The notes under the pieces were generated by a model. The model saw only the letters and a list, made by a program, of their open reading frames with translations. It was not told where the DNA came from and made no database searches. From the NCBI GenBank assembly GCA_000708835.1, contig DF237259.1, positions 1-64,000 on the forward strand: DNA of 64,000 nucleotides, written 5' to 3'. The stretch comes from Klebsormidium nitens (taxonomy: Eukaryota; Plantae; Klebsormidiophyceae). Below are positions 1 through 10,745 of the stretch, in pieces (positions within the stretch are counted from its first letter, which is position 1; each line of letters opens with the position of its first letter). Both the position numbers and the translations under genes were made by a program.

Positions 1-47
1 ACCTCGATGACTGCCGGAGCGGCACACCCTGACGGCATGTGCCGTAA

Positions 48-308
48 CTGCCGCCGGCAGCTTGCGGCACCTGGGCGGCACGCTGGAAAATCTGCGATGG
101 TGCTGCTTGTTTAGAGGCGAACATTTATAAAGACGAGCATCAGACCAAGAAAAGAGAATATTCAAAGAGCTACTATCAAGTACACAAGGACGAAATTCTC
201 TTGAAGAAGGCTTTAGAACGGATCGCAAAAGGAAGTAGAACAAGCAGACGGACGAGACAACGACTTTACGAGGCACAAATTGCTATCCCCTGGATTCGAT
301 CGTACTGA
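48..308 (+). pseudogene. ATG-less open frame of a small basic, virus-like protein, probably frameshifted from the upstream MCRNC frame
   Basis: Frame 48-308 reads RWKICDGAACLEANIYKDEHQTKKREYSKSYYQVHKDEILLKKALERIAKG. Frame 1 just upstream reads MCRNCRRQ. Joining the two gives a CxxC...CxxxxC finger. Lies directly 5' of the primase gene on the same strand. Confidence 0.3.
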
Positions 309-422
309 ACAACACGTCTTTGCAAGTGTGGGCTTTGTCGAATGCCGCGTTCCATGTCGAACGAAACTTTCTGGGGTTGAAAGTATAGGGGGCTCCAAAC
401 CTCCTTTGGTCTGTTGAAAGCC

Positions 423-1991
423 ATGGCAACAAACTCGATTGTGTATGTGTTAGAAGCGTATGCAGAAGAAGGACTATACGCTGTTCCCGCAAAAGTTAAG
501 GCAACCGACAAAGGATCAAAGGAGATTCTTGGAACGATGCCGCATACGAAGGGCAATCATGCAATACGAACGGCGTCGGATTGGAGAATGGCGCGGGATC
601 GCATCATGGAAAAGATTGAAAAAGAAAGATACAAATTCTTGGCAATAAAGACTGGAGCCATTTCGGACATCTTCGTGCTTGATATAGACACACGAGACAA
701 ACCAGAGAAAGATCTCCAAGCTGGCATGCCCCTCTGGAATAGATTGATTGCGGAAAACGGAGAACCAAATACTTTAAAGGCCATTTCTGCTAGCGGAGGC
801 CTTCATTACTACTTCTCGTATGGTGAATCACTCAAAGACGGACTCCGATCAGGAAAGTGTTTTGCTGGAGTGGACTATGAGGGCCGTTATTACGGACTCG
901 ATGGGCGCGGGGATGGAGGCATCGTTCTGGCCCCACCAGGTTCACCCGAGATTGGGTTGAACTACACTTGGTGCGCACAACCCTCAAAGACAAACATTCG
1001 ACCATCACCATCATGGTTGATCCGATTCCTCAATGATTCTGCCGGCAAATCGGCAAAAAAGGGCCTCGTGTCGACTTCGAGCAATCGAATCCAAGAGCTG
1101 TCAGCAAACGGTGCTGATTTCGAGAATGCGAGTGGGCTCGAATTGCCAAACACCGAAGAAAACATACAAACGGAAAAAAACACCGAGGTTTGTCACGAGA
1201 CACTATCAATCGAGCACGAAAGAATTGCTGATGCAATGATGGCTTTGTTGCAAAACAACGGACTCGACATGAACGTTCGATTCTCCGGCAACGTGACCTC
1301 CCGTGGTCCATACGGTATGCTCTATTCATTCATCTGTGATGGTCCACGAACGTGCATACACGGCCATCAACACGATGGCAGCAATAATTTAACGCTTGTA
1401 AAGCGAGGTTGGACGGTATTCTATCGATGCTTTGGCATCGAATGCACGGAAAAGCCTCTTTCGTTGCTTGGCAATATCCCTCTTCCAGCATCGTTGTTGG
1501 ATGCCAATCATGTACGTGTGCATCCCACGCACGATTGGTCTACCTTCCCCAACAATATAAGGATCCTGTCAGACGCTGCTGTGGAGGCACATATTAATCT
1601 CATAAGGCGGAATGTGACGCAGCGCTATCGAGGAATGGCAGCCATTTTCTCGGCTGTGTATCTCGTTGACGGACGCATTATTGCTGAGGGTAAAACATTT
1701 CAATACTGGAACGGTTGCCGATGGATCATCGACGATGCGTTCCATATACAGAGTGTATTTAGTAGCCACATGTCCCGTATCATGTCCTGGTATGCGAAGC
1801 AGAGACTCAATGCCTTCAAGCAAAAACTCCATGCACATATGAGAGACGCTGCAACATGGCAAAACGCATCTCTAACCCCGGAATCGGCTCTTCCGGATTG
1901 GGCATTGAACCCAACGACTGAGGAAGAGCGAAAATTATGCACCGCCATATGGAAAGTAGTCAACCATATCCCGAGAAGCGTGACCTTGTAG
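423..1991 (+). CDS. Bifunctional DNA primase/polymerase (Prim-Pol) + C-H-C-C zinc finger + D5_N; N-terminal half of a viral-type primase-helicase
   Basis: ATG at 423. Prim-Pol motifs IFVLDIDT, SGGLHYYF and LDGRGDGGIVLAPPGS. Zn finger CIHGHQHDGSNN...YRCFGIEC. D5_N-like FQYWNGCRWIIDD. No introns. Confidence 0.85.
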   Translation: MATNSIVYVLEAYAEEGLYAVPAKVKATDKGSKEILGTMPHTKGNHAIRTASDWRMARDRIMEKIEKERYKFLAIKTGAISDIFVLDIDTRDKPEKDLQAGMPLWNRLIAENGEPNTLKAISASGGLHYYFSYGESLKDGLRSGKCFAGVDYEGRYYGLDGRGDGGIVLAPPGSPEIGLNYTWCAQPSKTNIRPSPSWLIRFLNDSAGKSAKKGLVSTSSNRIQELSANGADFENASGLELPNTEENIQTEKNTEVCHETLSIEHERIADAMMALLQNNGLDMNVRFSGNVTSRGPYGMLYSFICDGPRTCIHGHQHDGSNNLTLVKRGWTVFYRCFGIECTEKPLSLLGNIPLPASLLDANHVRVHPTHDWSTFPNNIRILSDAAVEAHINLIRRNVTQRYRGMAAIFSAVYLVDGRIIAEGKTFQYWNGCRWIIDDAFHIQSVFSSHMSRIMSWYAKQRLNAFKQKLHAHMRDAATWQNASLTPESALPDWALNPTTEEERKLCTAIWKVVNHIPRSVTL

Positions 1992-2019
1992 ACCTGACGC
2001 GGGGATCTGAGGTACGTGT

Positions 2020-3252
2020 TTGCCTCGAATTTGTTACAAATGCACTGCAAGCCCCCAATCTCTTAGTGACTTGATGGATATTGCCAATCCGTATCTGTTT
2101 GCATGCGCGAATGGAATAATCAACACTCAGACGGGAACCTTGCTCGCATTTCATCCTGCTCATTTATGTTCACGCGCCTCGAAAGCAACTTTTCGTGGAA
2201 TGCCAAAGGCCGAAAGCCGATTCGAGAGGTTTCTGCTTGATTGTTTCAACGACGACAGAGAAGTACTCGAATGGTATCAGCTCTTCTGTGGCTACTGCAT
2301 GACCGCGGATACCTGTGAACAATTGTTCCTTGTCAAGCAAGGCAATGGAGCTAATGGAAAATCGTTGACAAAGCTGGCAAGTCTCGAAGTTCTAGGCAGT
2401 TACGCTGTTGTTATGTCGGAAGACTGCATCATTGAGGCCGGTAAACGGTCCGCTGGCGCGGCTTCGAGCCACATCATGGCTCTTCGAGGCGGGCGTCTCG
2501 CGGAGACCGACGAGTCGGGAGAGAAAGCAGTCTTGAATGAAGCCGCAATGAAAGCCCTCTCAAGCGGGGGGACCACTACAGGGCGCGAGCTGCATAGCAC
2601 ACAAGAAACATTTGAGCTCACTGTGAAAACCGTCCTCAACACAAACTACAAGCCTATTCTTCAGAACGTATCCTACTGCGTCACTCGACGCTTGGCACTA
2701 CTCCCGATGTTGGTCACTTTCTTACCTCCCGAAAAGCTTGACTCTAGCAAACCACGCCAAAAGCTTATTGATACAACCCTGGAAACCTACTTGAAAAGCG
2801 ACCAAGGTCGAGATGAGGGTCTTTCATGGTACGCAGAGGGAGCAAGACGATATTATGAACTCAAGCGAGCGAATCCCAATACGCTGCCATTAATGCGCAG
2901 ACCTCGTGCGATGGAGGAAGCTGTTAAAGCATACATCAACGACTCGGACATTGCTAGGCGCTGGATTGTCGACTGTCTTGACTTCGAAGATATCCAACCC
3001 GGAGAAATAGCGACATGGCACTTAGCCGTTGGCGAACGGCTCGGAGAGGTGTTCCGAGCTTGGTTGAAGGAAGAAGACTTGACAAGCTCTTTGTCGGCAA
3101 CGGCGCTAAAAAAGCGCATTTTGGATTATGCTGAAGGAAAGAATCGGGTAGTTACAGATGGTCGGTTCACGAATAGCCAGGTACAACATCGAGGACAATT
3201 TAAAGGCCTTTCGGGGGTTCGATTGAAATCTGGCTATGAATCTCATGCGTAA
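2020..3252 (+). CDS. D5/P4-like superfamily 3 helicase; C-terminal half of the primase-helicase, out of frame with the N-terminal half
   Basis: ACANGIINTQTG (D5 NG motif), Walker A GNGANGKS, Walker B GRLAETDES, motif C LNTNYKP. Confidence 0.88.
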   Translation: MPRICYKCTASPQSLSDLMDIANPYLFACANGIINTQTGTLLAFHPAHLCSRASKATFRGMPKAESRFERFLLDCFNDDREVLEWYQLFCGYCMTADTCEQLFLVKQGNGANGKSLTKLASLEVLGSYAVVMSEDCIIEAGKRSAGAASSHIMALRGGRLAETDESGEKAVLNEAAMKALSSGGTTTGRELHSTQETFELTVKTVLNTNYKPILQNVSYCVTRRLALLPMLVTFLPPEKLDSSKPRQKLIDTTLETYLKSDQGRDEGLSWYAEGARRYYELKRANPNTLPLMRRPRAMEEAVKAYINDSDIARRWIVDCLDFEDIQPGEIATWHLAVGERLGEVFRAWLKEEDLTSSLSATALKKRILDYAEGKNRVVTDGRFTNSQVQHRGQFKGLSGVRLKSGYESHA

Positions 3253-3356
3253 GAGTAGGTGACGACGGGCAGAGCAAGCGCTTGCATGCAGATGGGAGCT
3301 TGAAAGGTTGTTTAGCAAGATATTTTTTTTGCGTCTGAGCTCTGTTCTTATGGTTC

Positions 3357-3602
3357 GCAGACCAAAAGTCTATAAGACCACGAATTCAAGTGTTCCAATT
3401 ACGAAATTCCCTTGGAGATGTATGATGCTTAAATAGAAAAGACCAGGAATCCGGGTCTTCTGGGCTGCAGACCAAAAGTCTATAAGACCACGATTTCAAG
3501 TATTTTCGATTTCAAGTATTTTCGATTTCAAAATTCTCTGGGGACCATGATTGCTATGATAAAAAAGACCTGGGTTCCGGGTCTTTTGGGCTTCTGGTCT
3601 GC
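3357..3602. repeat. Two tandem ~110-125 bp direct repeats, each with a hairpin, plus a short inverted copy
   Basis: gcagaccaaaagtctataagaccacga at 3357 and 3467. Stems aagacc/ggtctt (3439-3459) and aaaagacc/ggtctttt (3563-3587). Internal (atttcaagtattttcg)x2. Inverted tggtctgc at 3595-3602. Confidence 0.85.
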
Positions 3603-3795
3603 GGCCCCATCCATGCACGATCATGCCACTGGCACAAGTACCCTTCTCGTTTGCACCAAAGTGGTACAGCTTCTTCTGATGATAACGACTACACATTGAA
3701 TGCACATCGATGTTGTTTGAACATGCATGCCGCATATGATAAAACGTACAAGTCATGGTAACTTCTTGATCAGTGTCTTTAATTCAATAGGGTCT

Positions 3796-6700
3796 TTAGT
3801 ACATCAAGAGTTGTTGCCGTACAGACGCTCTCCACGTGTCTGCTCTGCCCGCAATGCGCAGCTTTGGTTCGTCAACCCGTAGCAAGGCGCTATTCCTTCT
3901 GCTGACTAGGTTAGGAAGGATAATCATGAACGCAACGAGGCTCCTATACCACGCTTGCGTCTTGAATTTTACGAGGAAGGCGTTGCACGACTCCGCTGCT
4001 GAGGTGTTGACCCAACGCACAGAGTTGTAGTAGTCTGCACGTGATCCATACGGAGATTGAATAAGTTCATTAAACGAAAAGCCTTGAGACATGGCGTTGT
4101 AGAAGAATGGCACATAGACATACACTCTTGAAAGGCAGTCAGAACTTGCCTCCTTATTCTATAGAAGAGAGAGGGCGTTTTTGACTGAGTCACTCTAAAT
4201 CCGCTCCTTTGCACACACCCTCTGGACGGGCGGCCCCTTCGAGCCAAATAAGAACACGTGTGCCTTGCAAATGCATCAGGGTCTCACCCGTGTTGTATGA
4301 TGGACCACACTTGTGTGCCTCGGCGGTTGTGTGGTGGAAGTGGAATCTGCAAGGATCAAGCACGAAATGAGATCTAAAATGTACAGCAGCGCACAGCTGA
4401 GGAAAGTTGCAATGCAGTATGGCAATGGCACAGAGGATCACAAGAATCGCTCTCAACAAGAGCCGCCCCTTGGCTTGCGCAAATCTTCCGACCTTACCTA
4501 TCGACCAGGAACCGAATGTCTGCAAAGAACGCTGGCTCTCTTCGCATCGCGTAGGCGCGCAGCTTGCAGGCGTTGTCGTGGATGAGGTATTGAGGAAGAT
4601 CTCTCCGATTGAGCCGCGTGTACAGGACGGTGAAGGCGTCTCGCGGTGACTCCCCGCGGAGCATGACATGGAAGCTATAGATAACACAGTGAGGGCACGA
4701 GAAGACGAAGCCGCCCTTCGTGTGCCGTTGCAGGCCCTTGTTCTTTTTAACTCCGCTTTCCAGAGCGACCTTGGCATCGAATTCCCCGACGGTGAGCCCA
4801 CTCCGACACCGATGCTCCTCATCGCGCTCGCGAGACCTACCGAGATCGTCTTCGAACGGTTCGTATTGCGGGAGAGGGCGTTTTTGCTCCCAGCCTTTCA
4901 ACGGGTAGCAGCCTAGCTCTCGTTGCTCACGACAGTAGGGATGGTCCGAAGGAAGAGGCCCTGGCTCCGACCCGTCTGGCTTGAGACCAAGTCTGTCGTT
5001 TAGCAACGTCCTCTCAGGCGGGAGCAGAGCGTACTCGTGCCGTGCGGGAGGGGAAAGGTTTTCGACCGCCGGGAGGAGCGCATTCGCCCGGGCTGCCCAG
5101 AAGTCGAAGGCCTGCTGCTGCTCGATGGTCAAGGGGTTGGGCTCTCGTCCAAGCCAGACGCAAACATCGAGGCCTTCGATGGCCGACAACGCCCACCCCG
5201 CCCGCCCAACCCCGAGTCCCACGGCTCCACGTCTAAAGAGCGTCAACCGGTAAAGATGATGTAGCGTCGGATAGAAGAAGCGCGGGTAGCGGTCGCCGTA
5301 GTGGTCCAGCAGCCGGCGCAGGATTGGAGAGTGCTCTGCTAGCACGACCCTGTCGCCGTCGTTTGCGGCTCCCCCGAGGAGCAGCTTGCGGACCACACTC
5401 AGAGCCTTCCCATGCTGGATGAGGTTGGAATCGTCCGAAACCGAATGCGGCGCGCCGAGAGTGTAGAGCAGCTCCGCCCATCTGCTGGGGCAGTGCGGAG
5501 GCCAGCAAGCCTCCTCTTGCATGACCTCTCTCTCGATGCCGTCGACCAGCTCGTGCCCCGCTTTGTTCTTTGAACGCATCTGGCCGACCTGGTCCGCTCG
5601 GACCCACCGTCGCCATTGCAGGAGGACGGGGTCCGTGTCGGCAACATCCGGGTTTGGAACGAACTCTGTGACAACTTGCACGTCGTCTCTATCGAGCGCG
5701 ACCTGCACAGAAAGACGCCGTGCTTGAGCAAACGGATGCCTGAACTGTTGTCGATTTGCTTGCTTGGAAAAGAGGATTGATACATTTGTACAAGTCGGAA
5801 CGCTTATCATACACATAGCGGCTCGATTTCGGATCGAAACTCACCAGAAGCTCCGCGTATTCTCGAGAGCTGAGAGCCTTTCCCAGCTCCGGGTCAGCAG
5901 CGTGGTGACCACTGTACCGCGCTATAAGCGTGCGGATCTCCGGCTGCTGCATAAAACGCCTTTTTAGGCCTCCACCGGAAAGAGACGCCGCGCAGTAGTT
6001 GCTTCCAGCCTCCATGACCTTCCGCACGTTGACTTCGTCCGAGCCTCGACTAGGCGCCGTGAACGGTCGGAGTTGAGCGGCATCCGTTCCAGCCAGACCG
6101 CCCTTCTGACGCGTGCCGTCAGCGCAGGCAAGCCCAACAATGCCGTTGCACAGAAGTACCTAGTGTTCACAAGAATATGATCACGCTCGTCAATGTGATT
6201 TGCGCATCCACACAGCAATCTAGCGCTTTCAAAGTGGTAGAAGTCATGATCTACGTTTGACCCACATCAGAAGGTCACTGCTTTACAGTAACGACGTGCA
6301 ATCAACCTAAGCAAACCTCGTCTCTACTTGGTCGCGTTAGTAGCAAAAGGAGGTCAAAGAATGGAGAACGCGGTCGAACAATGAGAGACGAGCCTTCATG
6401 TATCGCCTCCATGGAAGTGTTTCTGCACATACCTCTGGATGCGGGCCGCAAAGGCTGCAGCACTCCATGATCTGCCGACCGCACAACTTGAAGAAGCCGA
6501 GGCTAGCTTTGCGCCAAGTCTCTTCTGTCAAGATAGTTGCGCTGGGGTTGTAGAGACGCCGTGCCGTACGTGCAGCTGCAACGAGTGCATTGAAAGCGGC
6601 TCCTGAGTGTTGTACGGACCGCAGCATAAACTGGCAAGCGACTTGCGTAATGACCACCCCTCGCGTCCAGGCGTACAGACCGAGCGCCTCTCCGTTGAAG

Positions 6701-9416
6701 TGAACGGTGTGCTTCTTTGGGCACGCGCAGCAATAGATCCGGAGCTTGACCTGCACGAGAACATGATACGAGCGTCGATTGTTGATTGATAGTTGGTGTT
6801 TGGTTGAAAAATCAGATTCTAGACATTGGAAGGCTTTGATTAATCCTCGACGCACGTGTTCTGATCCAATTGAGTGAATCCCGCATGGAAGATGTTGTCG
6901 GACTCTTATCTTAATCAGCATTTGCAAGATCAAAAGGCTACAGAACTATGCATCGTGGCGCTTACCTCCTGGGACCAACCCAAATCGTGGATTTGTGCTC
7001 TCTGCCAGAGCCCCGACCATTTGGTTCCGCAAGGTGGAGCCGATCTTGGGCACGGAGCTGAGAGGACCCCCGCAGCGCTTAGCTCCTCAAAATCCCGGGC
7101 CGTCAACTCGCTAACTCTGACCGGGTTCCGCAGCAACAGCACCTCGGGGTCATGGACTTGCCAAGAATCCGTTGGGCGAACGAGCTTAGGCACCTCCAGC
7201 TGAACGCCCTCGGCATTCATGGGCAGGACCGCTGCAACACCGGTGGATGCACCATGTGTGCACGCGCTGGAGGGGCACGCGCAGGCGTTACACACCGGGA
7301 CGAGGAACGGTGCTTGATCATCGATCCGGAGGGCGTTATCCTTACTCCGCCCCGTTCCCTCCAAGGGAACCCCATCTTCATCCGGCTCGACCTCCTCCAT
7401 ACTGCCTCTTGCAGCATCTGGCTGCTCCATCTCTGCATGCTCCGAATCAGCCGCCCAGTGTGATTTGCCCCTCCGTTTGATCGATCTCGCGGCTGTTCCA
7501 GCAACCTCACCGGAACTTCCTTTTTGCCCCGATCGATCTCGCTTTCCGTTCGTTTTTGCAGAAGTGCAACACCTTGCCGTACAGGGTTCTCCATCGGGTT
7601 GAATGCCTCCAAACGCCCTCGGATGCTGCTTGCAGAAGCAGTTCTCCCCTGCACATGCAGCCCTCTCATGGCTTTCAACAACCAGCTCCGCGAGGTATCT
7701 GTCCACGTCGGAGTCTGCAGTTCCCAGCCGGCCGCAGTGGGCGACATTCCCACTCCAACTATCTGCCAGCCCCGCCCTCAAAGACGTCACCGCCAGCCCG
7801 AGCTGGCTCTCCGAGAACACACTCTTGCTCAGTTTGACCACACCGCCCGGTCGATCCAAAGCTCCCTTCATCTCTCGGATATGCGAGCAGTCAGCCGTCT
7901 TGCTGCAACCGTCCTTCTGCCCCTCACAAAACCAACCCATCTGCGCTGCCTCTCCGTGGTGGACCATCGTCCTCTTTGGTGATGGCGAACCCGCATTCCA
8001 GTACACTCCAAACACCCGCTCCCCGGCTCTTTCGCACGGCACTTCCACCACCTTTGAGGCCTTTCTGCAACGACACTGCGCTCGCTAGCCTCGGCGACTC
8101 CAACGCCTGCAGGGCAAGCTTGTGAACGCATGGCGCCCGCGAGTACAACCGCCCCCGGTCGCAGGTGCAGCTGAATGCCCCCCATGGTGTCCCGATGCAC
8201 TGTCTCGAGCAGCGCGCGCGCTTTGCTTGGCCGCCCAAGAGGCTTGATTTTGGCGGTGTTGTGATTCCAAGTGCTAGCCAGGTAGACTGTACTTGCGGAC
8301 CCCCGCTCCCCGACACTGTAGAGAGCGCACTTGCCGAACTGAACACCATCGAGATACATTATAGCTTGGTCGACGATGGTCCGCTGACTCCCGGCGCCGA
8401 ACAATTCTGTAGCCTCTGTGTTGGTTTGCTCCTGCATATGTTTTTGGATTGCAGTCAGACATACTACACCAAATATTGGCTTGGTGTGTGGTAGATGAAC
8501 ACCTGTCAATGCTCCAAGATCAAGTTAGATTTATCAGCCCAGTATCTAACAATTCTGTCAGCACCATGGAAAACTGGGTCCATATTGTTCACACCTGGTA
8601 GACATTTACATACTCACATCCTGTTGACATTCAGAGTTTGATAACGTCCAGCGGCAGTCGATGACAAGAAGCCGGTAATATCCTTGGACACTTGAACAGA
8701 TTGTTGAATGCCTCACTGCTGTAGTATGGACCGTATATAGGCTTGCAAAGAAGCACTTGAAAGCACACAGATGCACGAGCAGAGGCATTTCTAGGGTTTG
8801 ACGGTTCATAGTTGGGGCTTACCACTGCTTGTGCCCTGGATCTTGTTATTTCCCCCACTTTGCGCCCCCTGTTCAGTGCTTCCTGTGCCGCAGTACTCTT
8901 GCGGTGCCCACTGAAGGCAAGTCGATCCTCTTCTGCCTTCTCTTCCAGATTGCCAACCTCTTCCCCCGAAAGCTCCTTCAATTGGCTCCATGCTTCTTCT
9001 TGCGTCTGGCGCTGGAACCAGATCTCAGCTACACCCACGGATTCCCGGCTTCTCCTTGCTACGGTGACTGTGAGTTTGTTAGCACACTGGGTAACGGGCC
9101 CGTAGTATCGCTTCACGCACTCTAGGCAGATAGGCTTGCGCTTTCTCTGACCTTTGGCTAACGAACCGGGTGCACTGATTGCGAAACCCCTCAGTGGGTG
9201 GTTTTTACGACATGCAAGCTGGTAACTCTCTTGATGCTTTTTCAGGAGTGTCTGACTGCAGAGGGGGCATTTTGTGGCTAGTGACTCGGTGGGAATGGTC
9301 TGAATTGCTTGCAGATCTACGATAAAGTTATGACTCTGACTCGATGGGTGCAAGTCGTAGGTCGGGGTGCTAGGATCGTTCACCCGGGCCACACTAGATC
9401 CTGTAGTTAGTTGCAT
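3796..9416 (-). mobile_element. Spliced KDZ (Kyakuja-Dileera-Zisupton; Zisupton/HMGXB3-like) transposase with N-terminal Zn ribbon, two SWIM-like fingers and a CxC domain; probably degenerate
   Basis: Core motifs GGFVFSCPHCVIYSFHVMLRGESP, LIHDNAC and VDR|FH...HKC...YNT|DYY...NTSAAESCN, joined over phase-consistent introns (4496-4347, 4287-4035). CxC segment IHDLGWSQE|VKLRIYCCACPK...GLY and CCSLCGPHP. SWIM-like SCTC...PCVH (~8110-8172) and FC...C...CSH (~7876-7930). Putative exon 1 is 9416-8823. Confidence 0.8.
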
Positions 9417-10745
9417 CTTTTCCGAGCTCCTCAAGATTCTAGATGGTGGCCGGGCTACTTGCTGGTTAGTGGAGGTTACAACACAGCGGCAGGGCGACTT
9501 CTCCTTAAATAGACGCTTCGATCATTCCGGGCCCTTTTCCAGTCTAGGTACTCGTTTTTCCGGACACTAGATGCACGGGCCGGTCCGACGGGTTTTGTCG
9601 TGGATAGTTAACCACGTCGATCGCTCCGGGCCCTAAGTCGACACCTCTCGGCACCCAACCGATCCACTTCCGCGCTCCACATCCAGCAGGGGGTCTCGGT
9701 CCAGAATTCCTCTGCGGTACATGGTCCCACATACCGGCACATTGACGGTTTCTCCCGCCGGGAAGACGCGCCGGCCGCTATCGACGCCGTTGATAAGCCA
9801 TTCGGCACGCGCGCGCGATCTGGGCCGTAAATTTTATGCCATTGATCAGATGGTGAACCCCGCTGGCGAAGCCTCGCCGCCGAAGTCGAGAGTCAGAGAA
9901 ACGGGAGTTCCCGGCAGCGAATGGAGGTCCCGGTACAAGCTACCCGGGCGGTTAGGTGGGGTAGCTACCGCCGACCGGTCAACATTTGAATTTTGTCTGT
10001 CTAGAATCCATACAGAAGCTCTGTATTAAATTTTTAAAGTTTTCCGGCAAACCCAGTGTAGAGGCTACCCAGGAGGTCAACCGACGGACTGCTCCAAGAA
10101 CGCCTTCCCGGTTCTCTGGCCGAAAAGTCAGAGTTTCCAATCTCTCGAAGCCTGCACTTCTTCTACTAGAGCTACTACTGGAGCTTTACAGAACCCGCAG
10201 TACTACCTACTGCGGTGGAAGATACAAGGTTTGCTAGCTGCGAACACAACAATGGAAGCCACACTAGCTGGATAGCGCTTCGTAATGGGGCCTCGAATCT
10301 CAACTACCTACGTCCTGTGGTAAGGACGTCTAAGAAAGCAGCTACTGTTTCGGAATGGCGGCAGATTTTCAACATTATGTTTTAGCTGGCCAGGCAAGGG
10401 CGACTCTGGGCCGGGTCAATTGATTAGATTCGAAGAAACCTATGCGGGTGGGCTTGGCCCGGTGGGGCATTCCCAATTTGGCTCCCACCTCGCAGGCGAC
10501 ACGTTGTGTCGTCATTCGGTGTCATGGATGCATTTGTCCGTCATTGAGGCCCTTTTTTACGATTTGAAACATGGTCAATGAGCAAGGGCCCGCTTCAGAA
10601 GTGCACCCAGTCGTAAGCTGGGGCTCTCTCACGTTCGGCAGCTTCTCTCAAACTGGACCATCCTGAAAAGCTACTTTTGTGACTCTCAGCCTCGTGTATT
10701 CTAGGAGTTCTCTATGGAAGCTGGGTGACAACGGGGCAAGGTAAC

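Noticed and set aside
1956-2066. An intron joining the two primase-helicase ORFs (GTACGT at 2012, or GT at 1956/1980)
   Set aside because: The donor at 2012 lies after the stop at 1989-1991, and the upstream GTs have no phase-compatible acceptor. Two frameshifts explain the split better.
3357-3602. CRISPR array
   Set aside because: Only two units, the inter-repeat sequences are themselves similar, there are no cas genes, and the context is eukaryotic.
10195-10237. Helitron 3' end (hairpin plus CTAG at 10234)
   Set aside because: Hairpin-to-CTAG spacing is longer than typical, and there is no Rep/Hel gene or 5' TC end to support it.
3253-10700. Terminal inverted repeats/TSD delimiting the KDZ element
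   Set aside because: By eye I found no matching inverted sequence between 3253-3795 and 9450-10700; the ends remain undefined.
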